Positions 11,881 to 26,323 of a stretch of DNA of 64,000 bases are shown here, in pieces. Below the pieces are notes generated by a model. The model was not told the origin of the DNA and did not search any database. It saw only the letters and a list, made by a program, of their open reading frames with translations. The stretch is from Selaginella moellendorffii (Eukaryota; Plantae; Lycopodiophyta), in NCBI RefSeq assembly GCF_000143415.4, contig NW_003314301.1:213170-277169 (forward strand). The letters are read 5' to 3'. Numbering within the stretch: position 1 is the stretch's first letter; every line of letters starts with the position of its first letter. The translations under genes were made by a program, and so were the position numbers.

Positions 11881-12310
11881 GAAAAAGAAAATTTTTGCTG
11901 AGCATAATTCCTAGCTCGCTGAAGAGCTCACAATGAGGTCTGCCAACTTGCTGGAAGAGCGAAACCGAAATGCACAATCGGAGGCTGAGTTGCAAGCCAA
12001 GAATTCTTCCTTGCTACTGGCTGTTGATTGATGACTTGAATATTGAAAGGGCTGCCAAGGAGAAAGAAGACGCTCTGGTACGAAGTCGAAAGATCTGGAA
12101 ACGGAAAAACATGGATTATCTGGTGTAAGATCGTTGTGAAATGACTTGCAATGTCAGGAATTGCGATTTGTCAAAGAGGATGCTGCCGTTAAAGAACATT
12201 TATCAATTGAAGCTACCACTGTAAGATCTGTATTTTCTTGTTTTGCTTTCATACTGACAGAATCTCCTATTTAACAGGCATCAAAGCTGGCCGAACTTTA
12301 TAAACACAGT
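11881..12310 (+). pseudogene. Internal fragment of nuclear-pore anchor (NUA/TPR)-like gene
   Basis: EKKIFAEHNS*LAEELTMRSANLLEERNRNAQSEAELQAK and KEDAAVKEHLSIEATT|ASKLAELYK resemble the NUA coiled coil as recalled; in-frame stop; intron retained. Confidence 0.55.
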
Positions 12311-12789
12311 GGTCTAAAAATTAGTGCACACTTCTCTAGGATGTATGTTCTTAGTCTCCATTGACCACTACTCTGCATAAAAGACTGCAAGAAAAGTCCC
12401 AAAGCATGGTGAATGAGTGTCTTTGCTATAAACTTGCCAGTTTTCAACTTTGTGTTTATCATTCACGTAGTTGTGGGATAGGTCAGCCAGCACAATATTG
12501 TTGAGAGGTGTATGTAAAATCCCACCTCCCACTCATGCTTCTAAGCTGGCATTGGGGTTTCAGCCACCCCAATGTTCATCAACTCCCATTTTCCTGTGGA
12601 GACTGCAACAAGGAGGGGAGATCCAAAGCCATCTTTGGTCTTCCTCATTTTTTTCTTGATGTATTTGTCAGACTGTTGAAAAGCACTACTACTGTTTTTT
12701 TCTTCTGTCCTTGTTTTTTTTTTTTTTGCCTTGACAGCAACCCCAGAAAGCATTTCTCCAATCTCCTCTGAATTTGAAATTCCATGGGA

Positions 12790-13114
12790 AACTTGTGTTT
12801 GCCATTGTTCATGTTGTTGTTGAAAGCCTTCACCAAACACGCCTCCCCGATCAGCCGTACGCACTCACATATGGTCGCGACCAAGATCTTCTTGGCATCT
12901 AATCAAACTCCACAATGGCCGCCTCCACTCTATGCAATCCACACAAGCATCTGCTCGATCACCTCCACTGCCTCGTCCAGCTTCCCAGCCTTGCAAATCT
13001 CCGCTATGGAAAGGCTGGATGTCACAGCGTGTGGACCGTGCGACGAACCCGGATGGTGCAGAGCTGCACAACGCTCTTGCGGATTGCCCGAATCACACTA
13101 GCAAAATCGACCAT
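12790..13114 (-). pseudogene. PPR pseudogene, 5' fragment paralogous to the 3585-5093 gene
   Basis: MVDFASVIRAIR vs MIDFAGVIRAIR; similarity extends upstream (ggagatgaaaccaagaatgtttaaa vs ggagatgagaccaagaatgtttaaa); frameshifts. Confidence 0.85.
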
Positions 13115-13609
13115 TCGCCGCTTACCTTAGGAGATGAAACCAAGAATGTTTAAATTGTAGCATATTCCCTATCGAATAATTCATACGAATATAGAATATG
13201 CTTACCAATATAGAATATGAGTATGGAATATTCTAGCTCCTGCTTAGAACCTCGAGAGCTTGGAGAAGCTAAACTTGAATGGGTTCCAAAGGAGACCAAT
13301 CTTCAAGAGATTCCATCCACCAAGTATCTGCCATAGCCACTACCCATGAATCCTCGTGGAGAAATCCAGAGTGAAGAAGAAACACAAGAGCGGGATAGCA
13401 AGCCAAGTTACATGAGCAAGCCGGTGAATTCCAGCGAACTTTGGTACCACCCGAGCATCATCAGCTGAGCCACAGCAAGCACAGATCAATCCCAGAGAAA
13501 GGAGCAAAGAAAATTGAAGTAAACCGAGGCTTGCTTGCTTGCTCGCTCGCTTGCAATCGCTCCAGAGCGACAACGTAGAGGAATCGCTGCGTTGTCGCTT
13601 GCCAAGCTT

Positions 13610-15616
<2,007 letters not shown>

Positions 15617-15663
15617 CTAGGGCACAGGTGGAAAGGACACGTCTTTTAAGAGCGCTGGTTCTC

Positions 15664-16490
15664 TTACACGCAAGTAGAAACCGTGACAATGTCGGAGATC
15701 CAGCCAATGTACTCGAATTTGCAGCGGTGCTCCACGGTGTGGAGCTCCTGCGCGTTCTTCTTGAGGTATCGCCAGAAGCTGGGCGATCCAGGGAAGCCCA
15801 TATTGTCCGCCACGATTACGCTGCCACTCTTGAGCAGCCCCTCTTCCTTGAGCTGGAGATAATCCTTGAGATAGACGTTCTTGTTGTGATCGATGAAGAC
15901 CAGATCGATGGCGCTCAGCTGGAGCTCGTCGCGGATGATCGATTTGAGCTCCGCAAGGCAACTCTCGAGCGTGCCCTCGAGAACGCGGACCCTATCAGAC
16001 AGACCTGCGAGAGATAATCAGGGCCGTTAGCTTCAAAATCGTGATCCAACGGTGAAGGACACACGAGGAAGAACACGAGCTACTCACCTGCAATCTCCAC
16101 CATTTTCCTCGCGATCTGGACGTTCTGGGGATTCATCTCAATGCTGATCAGCAGCCCATTTGGATCTTTCATCCGCGACGCGATTCTCACTGCCGAGTAG
16201 CCGCAGTAAGCACCCAGCTCCAGCGCGAGCCGGGGATTGGAGCGCTCCACAACCGAGTCGAGAATGGGGCCTTTGTCGTCGCCGATGTTCATGAACCACG
16301 TCCCCTTGGATGCGGTGTAGCGATCGATTACATCCAGCACGGATTTGGGATTCCCTGGCTCGGCCTCTGCGACTACGTGCTCGAGGAGCCGCTGCTCTCG
16401 CCCATCGCCCACCTGGCCCCGGAAGAAGGTACTCGGGCTCGTCATCGCCCGGAGGAAGGATAGCGTCTTGGACACGGATGGAGGAAGCAT
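15664..16490 (-). CDS. Catechol O-methyltransferase (animal/bacterial COMT type), 2 exons
   Basis: Exons 16490-16088 and 16004-15664; MNIGDDKG, LELGAYCGYSA, IEMN, VFIDHNK, VADN..FPG, EY. Confidence 0.9.
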
Positions 16491-16907
16491 TCCTTCTTTC
16501 CTTTCTAGCTCTGCCAAAGGAGAGAGATCTTCGATCGATCGATCGATCTATCTATGGATCTATGGAATCGATAAGAAGCAAACTAAGAATCAAGGTCTCT
16601 CTTTTCTCTTGGGATTTTTTAGTGGTTTGTGCAAACGGTGATGGAATTAATGAGCCAGGGTCGGTTGGTCACGTTTTCGACCGAAAGCGTACCCGGAATC
16701 TCGAGAGAATCTCTCGTTCATTTATGATGGGAGAAAGATAGATCCGTCCTTCCTAACAATCCAAGGAAAATTCAAGCTTTGATCGATCATTTTATATATA
16801 CTGTTTGAGATGGGTGTCGTGAATCCCACGAAAGATAATCTCTATACGATGATCCTGTACAGCTCAAGCGAGAATTTTCTTTTCTTTTTTCTCTCTTTTC
16901 ACTTCGT

Positions 16908-18998
16908 TTATGTGCCTATAGGTGATCGATCGTCTGGGCCGGCTAGCATCACCTGCGAATGAGAAGAAAACTTTAGGAGCACACCAACAACAAGAATTCT
17001 TACATTGCAATCAAACGCAAATCTTCGTGCCAGCATGATCGCAGCGTTTCGCTCGCGCTCGGACTCAAATCCAAGCATGTAAGTCAGGCCTCGCTTCACA
17101 AGCCAAAACATGGCGAGAGGAGCGGCCTGTCCGCCGCCTCTTGCTCCGCAAAGCTGCAAAATGGAAGCTTTCGATCAGTATCCTCGTTTGTCCTCAAAGA
17201 GTTCAAAGCTTACCTGCATGCCGGCGGCGTATTTCTCTTTGATCTTCGTTGTCAGTCCTTTACGGAGCTTCATACGGAGTCTTCCAATCTCCAAAGCATG
17301 CAACGCTTGCTTTTCTACGTACTCGCCATTCTGCTGTACAATAACTACCTGCGAAAAACGAAAAGCTTGGTTGTTTCTTCAAAAGAGATCTTGTCATCAC
17401 TAACATTAAACTCTGTACCGCCCTTCTTTGCCAACGCTTCAACGTAGTTCCCCAACCCAGGCGCTGGAAAAGAAAGGGATATGTTATCCTTGAATGGGAA
17501 TAAGCTACGAACCTGGATCAACAGGGCCAGTTGTCGATAAGAATTCTTTCGCTCCACCTGGTAGAGTAATATCCACTCGCAAAATTCTTCCAGCATCAAA
17601 CGGGTCCGGAGCGTATTGTGACTTCACAGCACCTGGTGTTCACTTGTCAGTCACAGGTAGAAATTGCGTAACACGTCTAGAGATTTCTTTACCCGATATG
17701 AGTTCCTTTTTACCCCCGTCAGCTGAGATCCGATGCCATTGGAATTTGCAGAAGGATAGATCGGGTGCTTGCTCGTCTACAGGCGATAAGCTTAGCAAAG
17801 ATCCCAGACATTCAGTACCATCGACACGATAAACTCTCGCATTAGCTCCGTGTTTTGCAATATCCAACTGCAGACATACATATCACAGGTAAGTGGAGCT
17901 CATAAACTTGAAAGAGACTCGTCACCTCTTTTCTTAGTTGCAGAACCTCCGCTGACTTCACGTCAAATTGTTGTTGGATAGCTTGAAGTTTGTAGTCCAT
18001 GTCCATGACCTGCACAACCTCCAGTTATGTGACAAGCCAACTAGAAATGGAAACTAATGCAAAAAGAAGGAAAGAGAGAACCTTGCTAGGCTCGTGCAGC
18101 ATTTTTATTCTTCGAGCTTCTTGAACTTCGCGCCTCATTGCCTCGAGTTCCTGGCAGTGAAAGTTCCTGCTTGAGTTCCTCGAAAGCTGATATATGCTTA
18201 CTTACAGCTCTTTCGGAATCACTGTAGCTACGCCTCTGTTGCTCAGTAATCAACGCCTCGACTCTCAAAACTGAAGCCTTCGCCTTCTCAATCTCTGCCT
18301 GTGCCACGGAGCGAGCTTCTTCCACCATCCTCTTAGCTTCACCTGAAGCCTACAAAAAACAACACATTAGAAAGACGAAACCGAGAGATAAAATATTGTC
18401 CGGATCGTTGCAAACCTGCTTGAAAAGAGTAGCCATTTTCCGGAGCTCAATCTTTTCCTGGGACATTTCAATCTCTCGTTGCACGAGCTGAATGCCCAAA
18501 GCCTCCACCTATGAAGATCTTCCTTGTGAGAAAAGGAAAGAAACAAACATAAGAATCACGCATTGCTTCAGACCAGAGTCACGGATTCCTCGACATCATC
18601 TCTGTTTCGGCCAGCTACACGGCCTCCAAGCGCATCCAAAACGTGTCTTAGCTTAGTGATAAGCTCTTGCCTCTCGAGCATGAGGGCGCTCTGGAGCTTC
18701 TCCTGTGATACATGAAGAACATAAGAAGATGGAGAGAGAGAGAAAAGAGAAGGAGATTTATTTCACTCACATCTTCGGCGAGTTTTGCCGCGGCAGCGTG
18801 GGCAGCTTCCTGTCCTCGCTCGAATTTACTCGCCAGGTCACGAACAGACAATCGCTTCTGCTGCGCGACGAGGTCAGCAGCCTCCTTGGCCAGAATTTCA
18901 CGCTTGGAAGGCGATGGTTGATCTTCCTCATCGCTTCCCAGCGCTAGAAACACGCTCGGCACCAATTTGATGTCTGCTTCCACACCCAGCGGCATCAT
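16908..18998 (-). CDS. SCAB: Stomatal closure-related actin-binding protein (SCAB family)
   Basis: QKRLSVRDLASKFE actin-binding motif; C-terminal LGFESERERNAAIMLARRFAFDCNVMLAGPDD. Confidence 0.92.
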
Positions 18999-19966
18999 CT
19001 CATGCCCGATCGATTGGATTCATGCGAATTGGAAGAAATTCGTCCTAGGGCATGATCCCGCTGCGCGCATTGGCAGCGAGAGCCCCGAGAATCCAGTTAC
19101 CTGGGATTGCCGAGCTCTAGAGATGCAAATCGAGCGCCAGCATCTCCAGACCACAGAACCAGAGAAGAAGAACACAAAATAGAGGAACTCCAAACAAAAT
19201 GAAAAGGAAATAAAGCTTCCCGATCTTGACCGTCCATCGCAGCACTGTATCTGCACCGTCCAGCTGGACAGTCATCCAACGGCTGTCACGCACGTGTCGC
19301 GTAAAGAGCAATCCGACGGCTGGGCGCCGCTCATCATGATGTAAGGTCGAAGCTATGTGGTCACATTCTCGCCTAACACCACGATATAGAAATTTTTGGA
19401 ATGATGATTCGAAGCAACGAGAAACCATGTTGATTCTATCATACCTCCCTTTCATTTCTTAAAGACAAGGTTTGATAGACCATGAGGTGTAGCCCACATT
19501 CTTTCGTTTCCCAGAAGAAGAAATCGCGAATGGCAGACAAGCAGGTCCTGGGTTCAACTCCTCTAGGGCTTGTAATGAAAAAGCTCTACCAAATTTGTCA
19601 ACTTTTAAAAGGTTAGAGATAAGTAGAGAGTGGGCCCCACTTTATCCATACTCGGTCACCACATGCGTGACCGGACACGTGTCTCGGCAACCGGCTGGTG
19701 ATTTTGCGAAGAACACGAAATGCGAAAATAACTATAAGTAAAGAAGGCGAGAGAGATTGCGTCTCTCGTCGGCATTTTCTCGAGCTTGGCTAGGGTTTGC
19801 GGCGCGCGCGTCGTGTGCTCTTGGCGGCAATCGATTTCTTGTCGCGATTCCTGGGAAGGAAATCGCTGTAGCATAGGAGGAGGAGCGGCAAAACGTCGTC
19901 AGCTGGATCGATCTCGCTTGGTCTTGTTGCGATCGCACAGTGGCCGTCTTTCTCTAGGGTTTTGGA

Positions 19967-22380
19967 ATGGGAGGCGAGGATAATCTCGATGCCGCGCCTG
20001 TCATGCCGCCGAATTTCGGCGCTGCGTCGATCGATGCGCACAAGGAAGGCCAGGAGAGGGAGATCGGCAAGCACGGATTGAAGAAGCTCCTTGTCAAGGC
20101 CGGGGAAGGATGGGAGAGGCCGAGCACTGGGGACGAGGTCAAAGGTATGGAATGCTCGTGGTTAGAGAGATTGGCACTAATGAGAAGAAAATGTGTGTTT
20201 TCTTTGTAGTTCACTACACTGGCATGCTTCTCGATGGAACCGAATTTGATTCCAGTAGAGATCGAGGAGAGCCTTTCTCATTCAAGCTTGGTGTTGGTAA
20301 CCATCACGTCTTTTCGATCGTTTTGCCTACCTTGATACCTCATTTTTCACGTTTTATCTTTGTTTGCGCAGGTCAAGTTATCAAGGGATGGGACCATGGC
20401 ATTTCTACAATGAGGAAAGGAGAGAGTGCTACATTTACAATTCCGCCAGAGCTTGCCTACGGAGAAGCTGGCGCTGGCCCGTCGATTCCCGGCAATGCAA
20501 CGCTCAAGTTCGATGTGGAGCTGCTCTCGTGGGACAGCATCAAGGAAATTTGCAAGGACGGAGGCATTTTAAAGAAGATTGTGGCCGAGGGTCGCAACTG
20601 GGCGACTCCCAAGGATGACGACGAAGTTCTGGGTGAGTTTTTGATATTTAAAAGCTATAGTGAAACGACTTTTGATTGTTGCTGGCAGTGAGATTTGAGG
20701 CGAAGCTGGAAGATGGAACTGTCGTGGCAACAACGCCACTGGCTGGAGTTGAATTTCGCGTCACAGATGGTGAGCTCCCACCGTTTACCTTTATACCATC
20801 CAATCATCTACAGCTTATTTACAGTGTATGCTCTGTTGCAGGATACCTTTGCCCCGCTATCAGCAAGGCTGTGAGAACCATGAAAAGGGAGGAGAAAGTT
20901 ATTCTCACGGTAAAGTCGCAATGTAAGAATGAGCAGAATGAAAATTCCAGCATCTCGTTGTCTAACGTTGTAGCTATAACTGATAGATGGATTTGGAGAA
21001 GCTGGGAAGAAGGCACACGGTAATGAATGTGCTATTCCGCCAAACGCGAGTTTGATTATCAGCTTAGAGCTTTTGTCGTGGAGAGTCGTAGACTATATCA
21101 CACCGGATAGGAAGGTTGTCAAGAAAATTCTCAAGCAGGGTGAGGGTTACGAAATGCCTAACGATGGATCACTTGTTAAAGGTAAGAAAGGTCGATTATC
21201 GTCTTTTAGTGTTGCTATGTTTATAAATCTTGCAGTCAAGTACGTGGGAAAGCTTGCAAATGGGAGGGTGTTTGACGAGAGAGGCCTAGCTGGTGAACTG
21301 TTCGAATTCAGAGTTGATGAAGGTAATATTGCAAGTTTTTCTCCGTGAAACAGATTCTAAACTCTACCTTTGTGTGTGAAGAACAAGTGATATCTGGATT
21401 GGATAAAGCTGTTTCTAAAATGAAGAAGGGAGAGGTTTCCCTTATTACCATTGATCCTGAGTATGGCTATGGTAATTCTGTCACTCGTGGAAGTTTGAGC
21501 CTTATACCTGCGAATTCAACGCTTACCTACGAACTGGAGCTGGATTCTTTCGTAAAGGTGGGGAACTCTACATTTACTCACAATGATAATGCTTGGTACA
21601 GGAAAAGGATCCATGGGATATGGATACAGGGGAAAAGCTGAAAGCTGCCGGTCAGAAGAAAGAAGACGGGAATGCTCTTTTTAAAGCCGGTAAATATCAG
21701 CGCGCCTCAAGCAAGTATGAAAAGGTATTGTTTCACGAAAGCTAAGCGATGAGCTGACCCCTCGTCTTTCCGCAGGCCATAAAGTACATCCAGCACGATA
21801 ACTCCTTCAGTGAGGAGGAAAAAAAAGTCGTAAAGAAACTCAGGGCCAGCAGCAATCTGAACAATGCGGCGTGTAAGCTAAAGCTGAAGGAATACCAGGA
21901 AGCAGCAAAACTATGCACAACGGTACATTTAATTTTGCAGGTATTTGGTTGAAGGCTTTCTTCCTCCCAGGTTTTGCAAGTGGAGTCCCAGAATGTGAAG
22001 GCTTTGTATCGGAGAGCACAGGCTTACGTTGAAACTTTGGACTTGGATCTGGCCGAGTGGGATCTAAGGAAAGCGTTGGAGCTTGATCCCAATAACAGGT
22101 AACTCTGCCTAGTCCTCTATCAACGTGCTTCACATTTTCTCCTTGTTTTTTTCTTTTTGCGGGGCAGGGAGGTGAAGGTCGAACTAACAAGGCTAAAACA
22201 AAAGGTTTGCGAGTACAACAAGATACAGGCGAAGATGTACGGAAACATGTTTGCTCGTTTAAGCAAGAAGGTGGAAGATAGAGGAACGGAGGTACAAGAG
22301 GTAAGCGAGCTTTCGAAGTTGCAAATGGCTTTAGCTGACATAGTGCTGTGCAGCCGGAGCGCATGGTAACGGAGAATTAG
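19967..22380 (+). CDS. FKBP62: FKBP62/65 (ROF1/ROF2-like) peptidyl-prolyl isomerase, 3 FKBP domains + TPR
   Basis: [32 protein letters not shown]; [31 protein letters not shown]. Confidence 0.93.
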
Positions 22381-22470
22381 AGCCTGATCCCTCGTGATCC
22401 GCAATTTTGAGGTTAGCTTGGTTGTTTTAACCGAAGCGCAAAGAAGTTTTGTTTCTGAGAAGCCAAGGAA

Positions 22471-23013
22471 ATGAGTCGACAACCATTGGTGGAAGTAGAG
22501 CTGTTTATCGATGGTAAAGGGCCGGAGCATGTTTTCAAGGCCCCGCTTGGGGGCTGGGATCAGAACCGGCTCGACTTGGAACAGATCATGATCGACTACA
22601 AGCTGCGAGCAATCTATGCCTACTCGCTGAGTAGTGGGCGAGGCCAGCGGCTGCGCTACAATCCCAGGAATGGCCTCTCGATGCTTCCTTACTCCGGCAA
22701 GAGCGATAGCGTCATTCGACTCGATGGCGATCCAAAGGTTCGAAAGTTCTCCATTTTATTTTTCCGAAAGTTCTACCTCGAATGGATTTCTATGATTTTG
22801 CAGAGGTCGCGGCTGGTGCCAGTGATAAAAATTGGTGTCGGAATCGGCTTCATCGTCGCGATGGTAACTTGCATCTTTGTGGATTTTAGTAGGGACTGGA
22901 TCCAGGCTCTACGCAACGCAAGCGCTGGGAGGATGATGCTGGTGGTTTGTTTCGTCACCATGATCATCCTCCAGATCTCGAGGCAGGCCAGGTCTCACAA
23001 GAAGAGGCTCTAA
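22471..23013 (+). CDS. Conserved plant protein of unknown function with C-terminal TM segments
   Basis: VEVELF..GKGP..VFK..LGGWDQ, GRG..RYNPRNG; probable in-frame intron ~22738-22803; two hydrophobic helices. Confidence 0.65.
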   Translation: MSRQPLVEVELFIDGKGPEHVFKAPLGGWDQNRLDLEQIMIDYKLRAIYAYSLSSGRGQRLRYNPRNGLSMLPYSGKSDSVIRLDGDPKVRKFSILFFRKFYLEWISMILQRSRLVPVIKIGVGIGFIVAMVTCIFVDFSRDWIQALRNASAGRMMLVVCFVTMIILQISRQARSHKKRL

Positions 23014-23078
23014 GATCTGGAAGTGATAGACAAGTAAAAAGCTTGAGAAGTTTTACTCTTTTACGCATCACTCCTCTT

Positions 23079-23917
23079 TTACGCATCACTCTCTTCGTCT
23101 GGGAGGTAAGTCAAGCGAAAGATGGGATGGTTGACAGTTCGAACGCCCTGTAAAAGAGTTTCTTGATGGGTAAATAAAGTCCTCTTTTTTTTACGTGAGT
23201 AGAACTTACTTGCCAGAGCCATTGTGGAATCCTTGGAGGAATGAGTATGCTCCCTTGAAAGGACTCCACAAACTGGGACTCCTCTCGAGAAATCTCTCCG
23301 GTTCTCTGGAATCGACAAAACTCCGCCGTCGATGTCGATAAGTTCCAGCACTGGAGCTTTCTCAGACACATTACCTGATCCACAGAAAATCACCACCTCG
23401 TGAAAAAAATAAAACGAAGTAAAAACTGTTACTTACCACAAGGCCGGTGACATGAGCTCCATCCAAGCAGTGCAAGTAAGCCGGCAAATTCTCCACGGAG
23501 ATTATCTTGTGAAGGATTTCCACAACTTGGTTGTGGGAGAGTGTCACGACATCCTGCCAAAGTAAAGAGAATTTCAGAAGAATTTACTCGCGAACGATCA
23601 AAACAATAGACCTGGAATTTGTCCACATGAAAGTGCTGCAGATGGATCCCTTGGTCTTGACAAAAGCTCCTGAGATCTTTGTTGGGTTGAGCCTCCGGAG
23701 TGAGCGATACTATCGTCTTCAAGTGTAGCCGCTTCAAGAATCTAAAGTTCTTCATCGTTGGGTAAGCCCCCCTGTGCAAGAAAGAAGAAAATTCTCTAGA
23801 GTTAGTACTCCTCTAGAAAGGAGAAAGATCAAAAGCCTACCTGTACAGCGATTCTTCCACAATCGCATACCTGAATGGAGGAATGAGCTGCGTCTGGAAG
23901 CTCTTGGCTGTCTCCAT
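23079..23917 (-). CDS. PFA-DSP family (Siw14/Oca) phosphatase-like protein, Oca6-like
   Basis: Spliced METAKSFQTQLIPPFRYAIVEESLYRGAYP..LKTIVSLTPE..YLHCLDGAHVTGLVVMCLRKLQCW..EFCRF. Confidence 0.85.
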
Positions 23918-23990
23918 ACCCTCTCAAACAGTAGCCTACAAACCTATACCTTCTAAAGACGAAAAAACAAAGTTGTCTAGCTTGCCTTGT

Positions 23991-26323
23991 CTACCTCTCT
24001 CTCTTTCCCAAAAGCCGAACTTTTTCCTTGCCGTATTTGAGAGTCTTCTTGTCACCGTTGTCAAAATTTACTGTGAACTGCGATCTGCGTTGCTGCACGT
24101 GAGTTATCGTTCCCTTCAACCTGAACACGAGAGTGGTTATAGTTAGTGTTCTTGATATATGAAACTTTCCCGCTCACCATGTTTTATCAGACGATCGGCA
24201 GACTTCCACTCTCTTCGTCACTGCGTCCGAGCCAAGCCGGTGAAGAATAGATGTGTCGTCTTCATCCGATTCTACTGCGTCCGCGACCTCCTCCTCCTGT
24301 GAGCTCGCTGGCCTTTTCCTTTTGCTTCTCTGTCCCCGAGCTGTGTTGGAGGCTTCCACAACTTCGGTGCCCGACGGCTTTTTTATCTTGAGCTTGAGCG
24401 TCTTTCTCTCGGTTTCCGGGGGCTCAACGTTGTCACTCCTGGATCTTTTCTTGGATGAGTCGGCGGCTTCTTCACTCGACTTTCCTCTTGTTTTCGAGCT
24501 GCTATTCACTTTAAACACCCATTTCCCTTCCTTTCTGGCGGGTGCTGAAGCTGGTGCTTGCTCGTCGTCTGAGGACGGACAGAGTCTAGCCATCTCGGAT
24601 TCCGAAGGAAGACCAGCCGAAGCACGCAAGCTTTTAATCTGATCCCGATCTGCCTCGTCTTTCCGTTTCCATAATTCAACCACTGCTTCCTCAACACTCG
24701 TCGCCTAAGGCGCGAAAACATGTTTGTGCAGCGAAATAGCAAGATGGCAGTATAAATTACCTGAAAGCATTCTCCACGACAGGCAGCACATGTGAAACGC
24801 AAATTTTGTATCGTTTGAAACTCCTGATATTTTTCATCGCTACAAGTAACAAACTAGGAAGTTAATGCGCGCTAAACCAGTTGATAAAAACATTACCTGA
24901 TGCCTTCACAGACACAGTGAACCCAATGTTCACAACCATCACATAAAACCATGGGCGTCGGCTCTGATTCTCTGTACACCTGATAAGACAAAGCATGAAA
25001 ATATTGTCTTATGATTGACAATGACAATACCTTCATGCAGATTGGACAGTATTTATCTTTCACAAACAGTCGTCCGCAAGCATCGCAAAACAGATACGAG
25101 TGGAACCACCTGTGAAAAGAAAGAATCATAAAGAACTTATGCTAAGGACACGAAGTACGTACCTTGAACTAGAACCCCCTCCAGGAACACGAGTACCACA
25201 GCTATGGCACTGCGAGTGTTTTGGACAAAGAAATGGTCCTTTTGCCGGAGCCTGTGAAACCCAAACCGTCATAAAAGTTCGACGAAGTAATAAGTCTCTA
25301 CCTTAGCACCACTTTGCTTGCAGTTATTGTGGTGAGCTTCATCGCATCTTTTGCAAAACAAGAGCCTGTTGGGATCACCCGTAACTTTGCAATCCTACAT
25401 CAATTATGCTCAGATAAAACGATGTCAACCTGACAAGAAAAAAACTCACTTCACACGTCCGGCAATGCAAACAGCGCCAAGAAGCCCAGTTGAATAAATC
25501 TACATCGACCATTCGAAGTAAATGACCATCCTCTATCAAAACACAACTCACCTCGATTTCCTGCCCAGTCTTTCAAACATTTGCGGTGGAATCGTCGGTC
25601 ACATCCCTGGCAAGTTAGCATCCTTTCCTGCTTCTTACTCTCGGCTTCTGCCTGTTGACACAGCCCGCAGAATATCTCCTCGGGAGGAGCAACGCTTTCT
25701 TCCGGCTGAGAAGGCGTACTCACTTCCCCTCCTCCATCATCTGGTGTCTAAGAAACCAAGAGAAAAAATTCCATCGCTTACAAACAAAAGGACGAAGATC
25801 GAAGCGAGGTACCTGATAGTCTGGTTGATTGTCCTCCGCTGGCACGCTTTGTTCTTCCATCTCCGGCTCTGGCTCTGGTTGCTCTGGTTGCTCTGGCTCC
25901 TCCTCTTGCTCGGGTTCGTGATCGGCCTCAGGTTCTGGCACTGACTCTAGAATTTTTTCTTCTTCCTGTGCTTGGAGCTCTTGAGGATCTTGAGGAGCGC
26001 CTCCATCTTCCTCGGCCGCTGCCGCTGCCACCGACGTGGATGGTTTCTTCTTTTTCTTCTTTGAGGACTCCTTGGACTGCCGCGGCACGAGAACCTCAAC
26101 CGTGTCCTCGCCAGTCGTGATCATCAGTGGAGACTTCGCCAGGAGCTTCTGGAGAGCCGCCGCATTGCGTAAGAAGGCGTCCTTGCCGCCGAGCTTGCGC
26201 AGCGGCCCTGACGATCCGAGCGCGCAGTTGCAAATCTTCCGGCTGCCAAGACAACCTCGATCTAGATCGGGAGAGTGAGAGAATCGCTTACCATGTGAGA
26301 GGACATGCCACATGAAACGCCAT
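23991..26323 (-). CDS. PHD-finger protein (multiple PHD fingers, C-terminal Tudor-like domain)
   Basis: Start MAFHVACPLT; CGLC..CQGC..FH..C; CDACGRLFVK..YCPIC; MVLCDGCEHWVHCVC; KRVEV..W..G. Confidence 0.9.

Noticed and set aside
23056-23092. Direct repeat ctcttttacgcatcact x2
   Set aside because: Simple slippage duplication at a stop codon; not an array
25860-25945. EPEQ-type repeats
   Set aside because: Low-complexity linker inside the PHD gene
23079-26323. PHD-phosphatase fusion gene
   Set aside because: PHD frame stops at 23991, and the possible intron does not put the phosphatase in frame
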